Shown in pieces: positions 48,301-59,020 of a stretch of 64,000 nt of DNA; position 1 is the stretch's first letter; the number at the start of each line of letters is the position of its first letter. The stretch comes from Flectonema sp. DT1601 (Eukaryota): NCBI GenBank assembly GCA_964019425.1, contig OZ025795.1, forward strand, positions 992,001 to 1,056,000, in the 5' to 3' direction. A program made the position numbers and the translations under genes. The notes under the pieces are model-generated. The model made no database searches and was not told the DNA's origin. It was given only the letters and a program-made list of their open reading frames with translations.

Positions 48301-49935
48301 CAGCTTCTCCATCTCCGCGTTCCAGACGCTCGATACCAGTAAGAGCAGCTTGCGCTGCGTCTGCCCCCCTACTACTCGCGTCCGGAGGACACACTCCGCC
48401 TCTTCCCTGGACGTGTACCCCGCGGTGTCCTCCTCCGACGGCGGTGCCTCGCGTACCTCCATCCGGTCCTTGTTCGCCACCGGAATCCATCTCACCGGCC
48501 CCCCGACGTCCTCTTGGGTCGATCCCTCCACCCTCGAGTAGACCACTACTACTGGTTTCGTCCCGTGGATCTCCTCTGTCGACACTTGGCTTATTGCCTT
48601 GTCGTCTTGCTTCTGCCAGCCTACTCCGTCCCACGTGTATGACACGTAATGCCCCGCGTTGTCACTCCCGAGGTGTGCGATCGCTCCCGTTTGCTGGTAC
48701 GTCATCACCCTCTCCCCGACCTGCACCTGGAAGCGCTCTTCCCATCCCAAGGACCCTTGCGTGTCCTGCTTGTCTCTCTGGAAGATCAAGGAGCTTGGGA
48801 GCGAGGCGAAACTCTCTTCCAGCGTGGCCTCATTGCTGCCGCACAGCTTCTCGCAGGACCGCTCGACTCTCTCCTTCGTCGGCTGAAGCCTCACTTGTGG
48901 TGTACGGCCACACAGTGGGATCAGCGTCAACTCATCCGTCGATCCGGAGGCGTCCGCACATCCCGTGCAGACCAGCTGTTTCAGCTGTACTGCCGAGAAC
49001 AACGGTTCGCACACCTCTTTCTTCTCCTCCAACAGGGCGTCTACTATGGACGTCAGGGTTCCTACTACCTCCCCCTGCCGCCTGTCTTGTAGCGGGTCGA
49101 ACATCTCGGACAGCTTCTCCAGGCACTCCCCACTCCCTTTGACCACTCCACTCAGGAGGCCCGACATCCCCACTTCCTCCTTCCCCGTCAGCACTTGTGT
49201 CAGTGCCGTGCCCTTCAGCAGGCACTGTACGGACGCGTTGAGGTAGCAGGAGTTCCCGATGTTCGGCAAACCTCTCATCGTCGGGGGCGGTCCTGCCGAC
49301 TGTCGCATTACTTCCGGCTGCTGGATCTCTTCCGTTTCCGCTCTCGGTCTTGGTTCTCTCTCTTGTGATGTCGGCTTCTCCGTCATCTCGGGCGGCGGTT
49401 TCGTCCTTGGCAATGGGTTCACTGAGTCCATCGCCACCGACGCCTCCCTCGCTCTCAGTGCTTCCGCCGTCGCCACTACCACCGATGTCGAGATCCTCCT
49501 CGCCATCTCCCCCGCGATCTCCCGGTGTGGCACCGTCGAGTTCGTTGCGCAGATCTGCACCAACTTCTTCAGGGTCCCCACTGCTTCCCGTCCCATCCCT
49601 CCGTACGCTTCCAGCGCAATTGTCGAGAAATTAATCCCGTGTTTCGTGCACTGCTCCGCGTACTTGTTCCCTTTCAGGGACTCTGCTTCTCTCGCGGCTT
49701 GCCCCGGGGTTTTATACAATTTAATTTTCCCCGGGTTTACCACTGTGATGTCGAAGGCTCTGCCTCTCCCCTCCCTCAGCCCCTCTTGGCAGTACCAGTC
49801 CCCCGGTCTCTGCTTGTTGGGTCCCAGTAGGTGGCTGGGTTCTCTCAGCAGCGGCAATCCCGCCTGCTTAAAGATGGAGATGAACTCCTCCTTCACCCTC
49901 TCGTGTCGCTGGTGCACGTGGCCGTTTTTGATACA
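45313..49935 (-). CDS. Retrotransposon polyprotein, C-terminal part: end of CCHC knuckle, RLE, USP/C19 peptidase, RNase H-like, two RNase H1 hybrid-binding domains, RNase H-like, acidic and basic tails
   Basis: RLE: RHERV...RPGD...AFDITVVNP...K..KY...LEAYGG. USP: GLPNIGNSCYLNASVQCL and HLGSDNAGHYVSY..W.KQDD. HBDs: KLYAVAVGWKPGVYASWEEA and KWYAVARGRAVGLFQCWNEA. Confidence 0.9.
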   Translation of the reverse strand, partial: CIKNGHVHQRHERVKEEFISIFKQAGLPLLREPSHLLGPNKQRPGDWYCQEGLREGRGRAFDITVVNPGKIKLYKTPGQAAREAESLKGNKYAEQCTKHGINFSTIALEAYGGMGREAVGTLKKLVQICATNSTVPHREIAGEMARRISTSVVVATAEALRAREASVAMDSVNPLPRTKPPPEMTEKPTSQEREPRPRAETEEIQQPEVMRQSAGPPPTMRGLPNIGNSCYLNASVQCLLKGTALTQVLTGKEEVGMSGLLSGVVKGSGECLEKLSEMFDPLQDRRQGEVVGTLTSIVDALLEEKKEVCEPLFSAVQLKQLVCTGCADASGSTDELTLIPLCGRTPQVRLQPTKERVERSCEKLCGSNEATLEESFASLPSSLIFQRDKQDTQGSLGWEERFQVQVGERVMTYQQTGAIAHLGSDNAGHYVSYTWDGVGWQKQDDKAISQVSTEEIHGTKPVVVVYSRVEGSTQEDVGGPVRWIPVANKDRMEVREAPPSEEDTAGYTSREEAECVLRTRVVGGQTQRKLLLLVSSVWNAEMEKLGAAACLIHMGTLDRRFTWSGCLPTWDEATAEYVAALLGLNAIRERSQLLGGETQIEVVTPQQGWGAEQQEALKLVALPSVIEHQVTESSRGVENLALWEAESAAWDEPVELSEDGLDYLVIELEMNLGLSQLRGKAAEPDESQSLPGGSTASGEDRPRAEAPAQVEAQTTEAQGAEAVGLRDEPAQEVGQPEEKEPPSPDPPSKEEKLYAVAVGWKPGVYASWEEAKAQTEGCPNATHQSFSSRKEADRFVERWQPETREPTRATEGVSPRKWYAVARGRAVGLFQCWNEANSMVSGYAAARHKSFASKGEAEGYLRTHLLGEVVGEVGTRYTLVYACEEDPVTGRLGAAASWLDTHRFEVLGTWSAGLPAGDTHWGRYFAALVGLVAAKACGGLVPAEASLLLRGSTTHWSTDQREVLEEAELMGRRTTLVEMPERMRTHATEEAEKAAKEGSTSVTEAVMKVFTEGAKNCLGHGTQTGPFTVRWEGRQLRLEPQYTEEGTGSSGGRESVEGEDARVEGRDEQSPVPTPKGAVQRVEAGVLELSSEGSEGDDDRSSSPATGQDEGNGSMSGGSLGSPGTSDMEAEEQTDERDQSVDPSAAETSGENHHLAEDLQAEKGDELDETSHHSGEPPSSDGMDGVEGLEDLEDSQSEMEVDGENVTEGSVVQYVEETSEDVVQVAESDTEEEGSSDSQMTMTVDEQEWEEGAAPEGNAGQMAWMLGLHPEGGNAETRREGQSEPLSKLVNSGETKPMAERSSLGAKMGPRAVGSDGSGEDAERSPGTVSTPSTRGRTKYRKGMEEEREECVSPKTNTGRGRTRGRKAKTGAKGAGKEDPSPQVLQAEMGESTPSSGERQARRRYRKGEERERIEVLSPDPSRKAKRKRRKQKEPEPVEGTTREQAPRSYNRKPTLRRVGKGDTPDTMGYAHGPPGSLTSFTDAGVRPEPAERDGQGVAGVELVTRSSSQSEKSTQGEMREREGDPTRRVLDFSSKGGRR

Positions 49936-49942
49936 GATTGAG

Positions 49943-52900
49943 CATACTTGTGCAAAAAGCTAAAAGCTAAAGCTAAGCTTTTTGGAGCTAAAGCTAAGCT
50001 ATCTAGCTTTTTTTAGCTTTTTTTTTGAAAAAAATTTTTTTTTAAATTTTGGCATGTTTCTGTACTTTTTTGATATTTTTTTTGGTTTTGTGAGGAAAAA
50101 AAGTGTGGAAAAAAAAAAAAATCACCAATTATAATATTTCCAGTATCCACCACTACAGGTTTTTGTGTGTTTTTTGGCTCATTTAAGCTGTTAAGTGACG
50201 TGATTTTTCGATATTTGCGCAACCTGGTATCTACAAAGATAACATTTCATAATTCAACTATGTGTACTGTTGGGAGAGAAATATGTTTTTTTTTTTATAT
50301 GACAGGCAAATTATTACTTATTACAATCAACACTGAGTATGATTTTTCGCTATACTTGCCTTAACACACATTTTCCCTACCTGGATTAAAAAAATGTCAC
50401 TAAAAGGAGGAGATATCCATAAATTCACTAAATAATTATACCACAGAAGTAGTAAAATACAGGAAACAGGCGTTGTTTCCCCTTGCGTTTCAGCAGGAGA
50501 TCTTCAAGTCTCACTGCCCGAACCCAGCAGTCGTACACTGTGTTCCATCGGGTACTGCCTATGCATTTAAGTTGCAGAGGGCTTCCCTTTCGACCCTTCT
50601 GCACCTCAAGGAACAACTCCTTCCTTTTGGGGGTTGCCATCTCCTCTGTCAGATCCTTCACCTTATTGTATGCCGTTGAGAGGAGGGGGATACCATTGAT
50701 GAGATCCTTCATTAACAGCTGCAATGAATGTGCTGCACATCTGATAGTGAGGAGCTTCTCCTTCCCTGCAGCCTGAAGCATCTGCTCTAGAGCATCTGCG
50801 TCAATGCCCTCTGGGTCTTCTTCTCCTGCACTTTCACAAGATGCTGCACTGTCATTGTCAGTGTCTTCTTCAAGACTCTCCATCTCTGTGATGGTTTATT
50901 AAATCTTAGTTTGTAAAATGTTGGGCAGCAGGTAATGTTTGCTTTTTTAGATACATACTAACTGGAAGTGCTGCTTCCTTCAGGGCATTCTGCATGCTCT
51001 TTGCATTGTCAGCACAGAAGGCAAGTGGAACAACATTAGCTTCAAGTAGCTCAGTAGTGATGCTTCGAAGTACCTTCAAGGCATCTGCAGCAGAAAAGCT
51101 AGTAACTACTACACTTCTAAAAAACAGGGCCATATGGCCATTGTGAATACTGAAGTTCAGCACTCGTCGCTTTCCAGGTAGTGTCGCCCCATCAAACATA
51201 ATTGTAACATCATCGCCTTCAAACCGCTTAAGCAACTTCTGACGGCAGGTATTCCCAAGCTTCTCAATGTGGGCAAGCAGACTCCTTCGCGTAACACCTG
51301 CAGGTGCAGACGTAATGCCAGTGAAAGTTGGATCTTCAACCACTTGCAGGGCTATCTTATTTTGGCAGAAGAACACAGCTATTTTGTCCATCATGCTCTG
51401 TTGGTGTGAGACATTGTACAAACACTTGATGTTTCTAAAGAAATTCAATGGTTTACATACCAAGTCTTTTAAAACACACAGATCAGTGGTGGAAGTGCCA
51501 TGTGTTACCCCCAACTCCTTAGGCTTCCCGCTTCCTGGGAGGTTGTGATGACAACGCAAGTGTGCCCGCAGGTTACTTGTTCCAGCGTTTTTCTTCCCTG
51601 AGCCTCCATTCTTCATCCTAATCTCACCGCAAATGTTGCACTTGCCCCTATCCCCATTATCAACAAACCAACCACCCTCACCAAAGAGTGGTCGGTCAGC
51701 CTGTGTTGTCCCAACCTCCAATCCCCCCTCCTTAGCTTCCTGTGGAATTGGCGCAGCTGGTATCTTGGGAAGTACTTCAGGCATGCTCTCTTTCGGCTTA
51801 CTATCAAGGATATTGCGAATCCTCTCCTCCTTTGCATTCCACACCTCAGTTGCATCTCTGCACTTCTGTTCTGCATCATCTACCTCTGCTTTTAGTCGCT
51901 TCACTTCATTTTCCATCTCCCCATGTTCGGATTCAAGTAACCGCTTCTCGTTCTCAATCTCTAGAACCCTTGTTTCTAACTCTGTAACTTTCTCTGAGCT
52001 GCCTGTCTGCAACACATTTGCTAGAGTTGCGTGTGTAATTTGTGCTACCTGCAGTTGAATCCCTTCCGCTAGGGAAGAATGTTGTTTCTTTAGGGCACTG
52101 CACTCATCTTGCAAGCTAAGTAATTCCTTCTCAGCAGCAGTGTTTGACTCCTGCAGTTTCTGCGTTACTGCTTCATGCTCTTCCTGCAGCAGCAACTGCT
52201 CTTCATGCATTGCATCCTGGAATGCCTGGAACTCAGAGTCCCTGTAGCTTTGTTGGGCTACAAGATGGTGTTCTTGCAACTTTTCCACTGCAGTTATACC
52301 ATCGTCAGTAGAAATGTTACTGAATGATGACTGCTCCTTTTGCCAGTTTCCAACTAAGTTTTCTACATCCCCACTACCTCTGGGCAGCAAGAAGGAAAGC
52401 AGTTTAGTACTTCTGGGTGTTTGGCATCACCCCCCATAGTGAGCAAGTACAACAGGTAGCATTGGTAGTCTGTTGATCCTGAGTGATCCCAGCTACAGTT
52501 TTGTTTTTCTTTCTTTTTTTTAGAAGAAAATCAGGACATCCAAGCACTGCTGGATAGTTGCTGAATGCAGGGCCTGCCTGTGGCATTATAATAACAGGCT
52601 AAGTCATTTGTAGTTCATAGTTTACCTTTGATTTTATAACTTCACATAGGTACTATGAACGATGAGAGATCCAGTGGGATCACTCAGGGTCTAGTAGAGA
52701 CCACCAATGTTGTGCGTTGATAGGCAAGGTGACCAACCTTGACATTCTTTCTTTTCTCTCCTGTTGTGACAAACACAAAATACACACACAGCTTACAGTG
52801 TGTTCTTTGTGTATGTTTTCTTCAGGTGTGAGTAGTTTTTTTGTTCTTGCTCTTCAGGGAGGGCCTTAGCCAAAAGCTAACAGTCCAAATCTCACCTGGA

Positions 52901-53814
52901 AATTCAACTCAGTTTCTTAGCTGAGTGACTAAGATGTCGAAAGTGAGAGAGATTCCCCCTGTACACTGTGACTGAATGATAGGGATTTGATGCCAAATCA
53001 GCATCAGAGGGTGGAAATCGAAGGATAGTGGCAGGATCTTGGCGATACATGATACCAACATGCCTGTTATCACCTGATCCTCGGGCTACTTGCACATAGC
53101 CTCTCCATTCCACTATCTTCTTCGCTGCCTCTTTCTTGAATCGCAGAACGATTCGATCATCGACTTGCAAGTCACATGCAAGTTGCTGCAGCTCAGCAGC
53201 CTCAAGTGGAGTTTCAAGAGCATTCATTGTAGGAGATGGATCTGAAAGGAGAAAAAAAACACATTGCAACAGGTTAAGTTACTGTAGTTTGACAGGGAAC
53301 TTTGTAAGACATTTTTTAAGAACCTGGGGGGGGGTAAATTAAGGAGGGGAAATTTGGATTTATGCAGTTTTGACACCTCTTACCTTATATCCTTGCTCTG
53401 TTCACAGATTTAGCTGCTAATATACCAAAAGACCCCAAAAAAACCCAAACAAGACTGGTTACTAGCTTTTTTAATTAAAAAAAATTTTTTTTACTCCCCT
53501 TCAAGTAATTTTTTTTTTTTTTTTTTACATTCTGAGAGAATAATTTTTTTTTCAAAAAATTCAAAAAAAAATGCTTTCAGTGCCTACAGTGCCAGTTTCT
53601 CAATTTTCCACTGCTTTATTTTCAACAACTTTCCATTTTTTTTCTAAAAAAATTCCAAAAAAATACCAAAAATGTCCAAAAATGAGGTATTTTTTGTTTG
53701 AAAATTTTTTTTCAAAAAAGCTAAAAAAAAGCTAAAAAAAGCTAAAAAAAGCTAAATAGCTTTAGCTTAGCTCTAAAAAGCTTAGCTTTAGCTTTAGCTT
53801 TTTGCACAAGTATG
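49943..53814 (-). mobile_element. hAT DNA transposon, 3872 bp, TIRs starting CATACTTGTGCAAAAAGCTAAA, 7-bp TSD GATTGAG
   Basis: Inverted termini of about 60 bp with AGCTA subrepeats. GATTGAG occurs at 49936-49942 and 53815-53821. Confidence 0.95.
50428..53227 (-). pseudogene. Intron-containing hAT transposase (coiled coil, BED finger, D..D, CxxH, RW); C-terminal E and dimerisation region not seen
   Basis: CNIC...GTSNLRAHLRCHH (BED), IMFDG, CADNA, CAAHSLQL and STRWN. The 5' exon structure is unresolved. Confidence 0.8.
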
Positions 53815-56800
53815 GATTGAGGCATGGTATCCCTGCCTATCCTGTGGGCCTGAGCATATCCTGCATACTGCCCCTTCCGCGAACAGCGCTGCGCCCAATC
53901 GCATCCCACATGCGATCCTGAACGTCTCTGGGTCCATCGCGCACTCTTCATCTGCTTGTTGCAGCCATGCGCTCGCCTTATCCATGCGCAGGGAGAGCAG
54001 CCTCCCTTTATCGCGCGGGTCATTCGCCCCCGCCAGCAGGCAGTCTCTCTTGACCTGGTCCAGTTTCGCCGAGGACAGCCTCTGGGGGTTCGGCCCCGGC
54101 CCGTCTTCTTCTATCCTTAGCTCCTCCGGGAGGGCGAGGTTCAACCCCTTCTTCAGTGCTGGCATCAGCATCCCCTTGAACCCCTCCCACAGTGACTTGC
54201 TCACCCCTTGGACTAATTCCAGGGATCCCAATAGTGCTGCTCCCCTGTGCTCTGCACATGACCGCAGCCCCAATCCCCCCATCCGGGTCGGCAGTTGTGC
54301 TTGCATCCACTTTGGCCCCTCCAGTGTCAGGCCCAACACTCGGCTCGCCGTGGACCTCATCAGCTCGTCCACCTTCCGCATCGAGGTGTCCATTTTCCCA
54401 TGCGTGCAGCATCGCATCAGGTGGGTCACCTTGCAGAAGCCCATGCATTGCCTTAGGAGCACCATGGCCACCTGCCGGTCCTGCAGGTCTGCTAGCAGCT
54501 CCGCTTTCTTCTCCAGCTGCGCCACCTTCCTGTCGACGAACTCCTGGCAGTGTTCCTCCGTCCCGAACGGTGCCCCCAGGAAGTCCCCGTTGTACAGTGG
54601 GGGTCTCATCCCTTCCAACCCCCACCCCAAGGGCAGGGTGTTCTGGGCTGAGTCGAGCACGTGCGTCTGGCACTTGTCCGGCCTCAGCGTCAGCCCCAGC
54701 TCCGCCGTCTCCTTCTGCAGGATTTGGAGGGCCTTGTCTACCTGTTCCAGGGTGCCCGCCACCAGCCCATCGTCCAGGTAGAAGCACGCCAACTCCGGCT
54801 TCGCCTCCAACACCTTCTGCAGCGCCGGCTTGATTGCCAACGAGAACAGCAAGGGACCCAACGGATCCCCCTGCTGAGCGCCCTCCTCCGAGCTCAGCCT
54901 CTCGTCCCCAAACAGCAACCACGTCGGCGCTCCGTAACACCAGCTGACCCAGCTCTCCAGCAGGGTATCCCTCGTCGAATCCAGGAACGCCCCCCTCTTC
55001 ACGCAGTTGAAGGCGTTCGAGAAGTCTATCTTCACGAACACTTTCTGTGACGAGAGCGCGTGCTCCGCGCGGAACTCATGCAGGGTGTGCACCGCCGCCT
55101 CCACTCCCCCCGACACCGCTACTCCTAGCTGTCTCACTTCTAGCAACGAGCTCCTCGCCTGGGACCTGTATGCCCCGCACAGGATCTTCGCCACCAGCCG
55201 CCTCCATGTTTCCCCCACCGCGACTGGCCGGTGCTCCCCCGGCTTCCCTTCTTTCTCCAGCGCCGTCAGGTTCGCCCCCGCCAGCAGCGGCGCTACTTCC
55301 CGCGGCGCCCTCCCGTTCGCCAGAATCCTCACCACCTCCGTGATCGAGGCTACCAGCCCCGGCACCTCACCCCGCTCCACCACGTCCTTCAGGTGTTGCG
55401 GCGCGAGGCCCGAAGGCCCTCCACTCGACCCCCTGTGGAAGGAGCGTAGGCATGCTAGCAGCTCCACCTCTGCTATCTGCACCTCCTGCCCTGCCGTGGC
55501 CGATGGGGGTCCGCTCGCCCTCGGGTGTAGGGTGCGCATCTGCTCCAGCACCTTCTCGGTTCGTTCTGCTGGCGGCGGCGCGTCTAGGGCCGAGATCGCC
55601 TGTGACAGGCAACCCTCCCTCGCTAGCGACGTGGCCCTGTCGTTCCTTCCTTTTTGCCCCGCCTCTTTCACTGCTGGCCTTCCCGTCGCCTTGCGGGGGG
55701 CCGCCGCTTTCCACAGTCCCTCAAATTCCCCCCGAATCCATGCTTGCAGGTCGTCGACCGCCCCTGTCAGATCGCTGGTCGACAACCTCCTACCCCCCCT
55801 CCGTATCCTCCGCAGTGTACATGTCGGGAGCATCAAGAGCAGCTTCCATGCCCACTCATCGTTCCGCTCCACGACTAGGTCGAGCGACAGCTTGAGTGCT
55901 CGCCCCAGATGATGCAACAGGGACACCGGCAGCTTCTTCGCTATCGGCCTCCTCCTGCTGGCTATTTCCTCCAAAGAGGGGAAGCTCTGGCTCTCCAGCA
56001 CCCGCTTCCGGAACGCCGTGTACACGTCCCCCAGTTGGACCTTCTGCAGTTTCTCACTGCACCCCGGATGCATCGGCTGGTCCTGCCCGATGATCCCACA
56101 GCACACCGGACATTCCCGGAGGCCTAGCCTCGCCAACTGTCCATGCGTCAGCGGGTTGCCACTGAATGCGTGCTCGTCCACGTGTCTTAGGAGCTCCGCC
56201 CACTCCTCGAAGCCTCCCTTGTGTTTCGGGCACTCCGCTTGGGGGCACTCGTGCAGCTGGGCCTGTCGGGAGGCTGTCTGCAGCACTGCCGGCTCGCCTC
56301 CTGCTGCTTGCGACAGCGGGCCTGGCGACACTAGCTCCAACCTCCGGGCGCTCTGTAGCAGCCGCGCGACGCAGTCCTCGGATGCCTCCACTGGGTCGTA
56401 GTGACACCCGTTCTGCAGGGTCAAGACCAGCGTCTGCTTCGGGTCCGATGGCCCTTCCACCACCAGCGTTTCCGTCCTCACCACGACGACGAAGCGGCAC
56501 TGTAGGTCCTCTGCCATGACCTGTAGGGCCAACGCATCGCCCCAGCATCCATCCTCTTCTAACGCCCTCGCATATACTCCGAATGCGTCCGCGTCCTGGA
56601 AGAAGACCTCGAACCTTTCCCTGTTCTTGGTCAGGTACCCTGCCGTTCTCCTGCGGAGCTCTCCATGTCTGCCCTTCCACCCCTCTGGCGTCTCTAGGAG
56701 TTGGCACACACTCCTGAACAGGCAATTCCCATCCCCAATCACCCGAAATACTTTTGCTCCCTCGCACTTCAGGCTTGCCAGTTCCGGCGCGGGTCCCGTC

Positions 56801-57714
56801 GCTACCCCCAGCCGTCCCTTGAGGTCCAACATCTCCCGACACCTCACTGTCTGGTGCACCAATCCGGTACTCAGCTCCCCGCAGGCCTTGCAGATCTGCT
56901 TTCCGAGTCTGTCGGAAGCCATCTGGGCCGTTACCTCCCCCGGTACCACTCCCTTCAGGTGTTGTTTGAAGTGGTACTCTAGGTCACCCCTCACCCAGAC
57001 GCTGCACCCCACCACCGGGCACTTCGTCCTCTCCTTGCTTTGCCCTCCTCCTGCCAGGTCTGACGGCCTCGCATACCATGGTCTGGGCTCCGCCTTGTGC
57101 CCTCCTGGCTTTGTCCAGTCCCTTTCGGGCCCTGCCCGTCGCTTCTTCGGTGTCTCCGCCTTGTTCTTCCTTGGCCTCTCTGTCTCCGCGCGGAATCTCT
57201 CTCGCCTGGCGTGGAACTTCTCCAACTCTCCCGCCCACCGCTCCCACCTCTCCTGCCGTTCCTTCAGCAGCTTCCTCCTCCTCCTTTCCAGCCGCCTTGC
57301 CGCCTTGGACGCCACTTTCGGGGACGCCCTCTTCAGGAGCTCCCTTCCTCCCTTGTCTGGAGGTGGCTTTGGGTGGTCTCGCCTCACCCGGTTCCCGGCC
57401 GTTTCCGTTCCCCTCCGCGGGACCCACACCCCCTCCCGTCCATGTTGGAAAGCGCGTCCGCTTGCCGTATTGTTGGGGCTGTTTGAGCTGTTGGGGGTTA
57501 CAAATGGGTGCGGGGGGATCGGGCGTGTTACGCGTCGGCTGATGCGCGATGAAAACAGTGGGCCTTTGTCCAGCGTTGTGAATAGAGGGGTGTGCCATCC
57601 GCCTGGCACTGGGGCTAACCTCTGCTTACCCACTCCGGACGTCTGTTGCGCCCTCGTTCCACTTAGTAGTGCCCACAGCAGCACGTACCCACACAGTAAC
57701 ATTGTTTTCTCCAT
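53815..57714 (-). CDS. Retrotransposon polyprotein, N-terminal part: hydrophobic leader, Zn fingers, OTU protease, Zn fingers, reverse transcriptase, start of CCHC knuckle
   Basis: Zn fingers CPVVGC..HFKQH and CPQAEC..HVDEH. OTU: IGDGNCLFRS..WGD..HYD. RT: RPVAVGE.WRRL, KIDFSNAFN, GAQQGDPLGPLLF, FYLDDG and QLP.RMGGLGL. Confidence 0.93.
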
Positions 57715-57717
57715 TCT

Positions 57718-57754
<37 letters not shown>

Positions 57755-57865
57755 ACTCTTCCTTTTCCGTTCCCTTCGCTGTGGATGATTTGTGTATGGA
57801 ACCCGAAAAAAGACAATCGACTTACCTGCTCTTCTCCTTGTTAGCCCTGTACGTGTGTGTGGAGT

Positions 57866-57907
<42 letters not shown>

Positions 57908-58076
57908 CCGGCTCGCGTATCCTCCGCTTTCCGAACTCTTCTGTCTATGCGGTCACCCCCGTACAGTTCCGACGCAGAATGGTAGTCACCACCACAGGCA
58001 CCAAACAAAGCTAGTGAGAGAGTTCTTCCTTCTCCTCTCCCGCAGGCTGATTCGTAAAGTTTTGTCTTAAAAGAGA

Positions 58077-58370
58077 GTTTTAACAAGAACAAAAAAAGGA
58101 TATGCTCTGTTTGCAGGTCTTAAAAGCAAAGTTTAAACGAGAACAAGAAAAGATATGTTCTTCTCGCGCGCTGACTAGCGGAAGACCGTGTATCAAAGCA
58201 GAGTTTAAACAAGAACAAAAAAAAAAGGATTTGTTCTTTTCGCTGTCTTAAGCGGTGTTTAAACGAGAACAAGAAAAGATATGTTCTGTTCGTGCGATGT
58301 TTTGCGGAAGACCGTGTCTCAGTGTAGTCTTAACGAAGAACAAAAGAAAATATTTGTTCTGTTTGCGCGT
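58077..58370. repeat. Five imperfect 55-70-bp tandem units, most with an AGAACA...TGTTCT hairpin
   Basis: Units start near 58077, 58132, 58203, 58257 and 58327 (GTTTAAAC.AGAACAA.AAAAGATATGTTCT). Confidence 0.8.
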
Positions 58371-58607
58371 TCACCAGCGGTCCAGTCTCCAGAAAAGATG
58401 AGAAGGACGTATGAGCTGGAGGAATAATTAACTTTTGACAAAAGCAAAGTACTCTCGAAGACAACTCGAATCAGAATGCAGGTGGGGAAAATTTCAACTC
58501 CCTCTTCAGCAGAGCAAGGTTTCCACAGCAACAACAATTATCCGCGCCTTCAATGTCCGTTTGTGACTGCTGGCCGACTCAAAGCGTTCGTAGACCGAAG
58601 ATAGATG

Positions 58608-58657
<50 letters not shown>

Positions 58658-58740
58658 CCTACCCCGCCGATGTACTAGAGCTTACTGAAGGGCCCGCGTT
58701 TATCTCCTCCTCTGCAAGTATGCCTATGCAAAATCTAATT

Positions 58741-58777
<37 letters not shown>

Positions 58778-59020
58778 CCTCTTTCTTCCTTAGTATTTTC
58801 TAAATAAACAACGACAAGTAATACCAAATTCTTCTAAATAAATATGACCTAATTAATATATATAATAAACAATAAAATAAAATTTTTTTTTCAACAATAT
58901 ACTTTGGCGCAGTGGTTTTTGTCACCGTCTGTCTTCTGGTCCACCTGGGTTCAATACCCTGTGGGGGTCGGGGGGCGACGGGGGCGACTTCTGCGACTTA
59001 AAAGACTTTAAAGCGCTAAG

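Larger units (their letters stand above)
44482..58610 (-). mobile_element. Giant CRE/SLACS-like RLE non-LTR retrotransposon, interrupted by a hAT; 5' boundary uncertain (may reach the SL at 59707)
   Basis: Poly(A) tail at 44482-44577 (poly-T on +), a 3' UTR, a GC-rich ORF with RT (YLDD) and RLE, and upstream tandem repeats. Confidence 0.88.

Noticed and set aside
50056..50068. GTTTCTGTACTTT match to the SL core inside the hAT end
   Set aside because: Only 13 nt in T-rich sequence, so plausibly chance.
45392..57844. Many overlapping plus-strand and alternate-frame ORFs in the retroelement
   Set aside because: These are expected shadows of a GC-rich coding sequence and show no recognisable motifs.
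58903..58965. tRNA-like A box (TGGCGCAGTGG) with a weak B box
   Set aside because: The B box is degenerate, and there is no cloverleaf or terminator.
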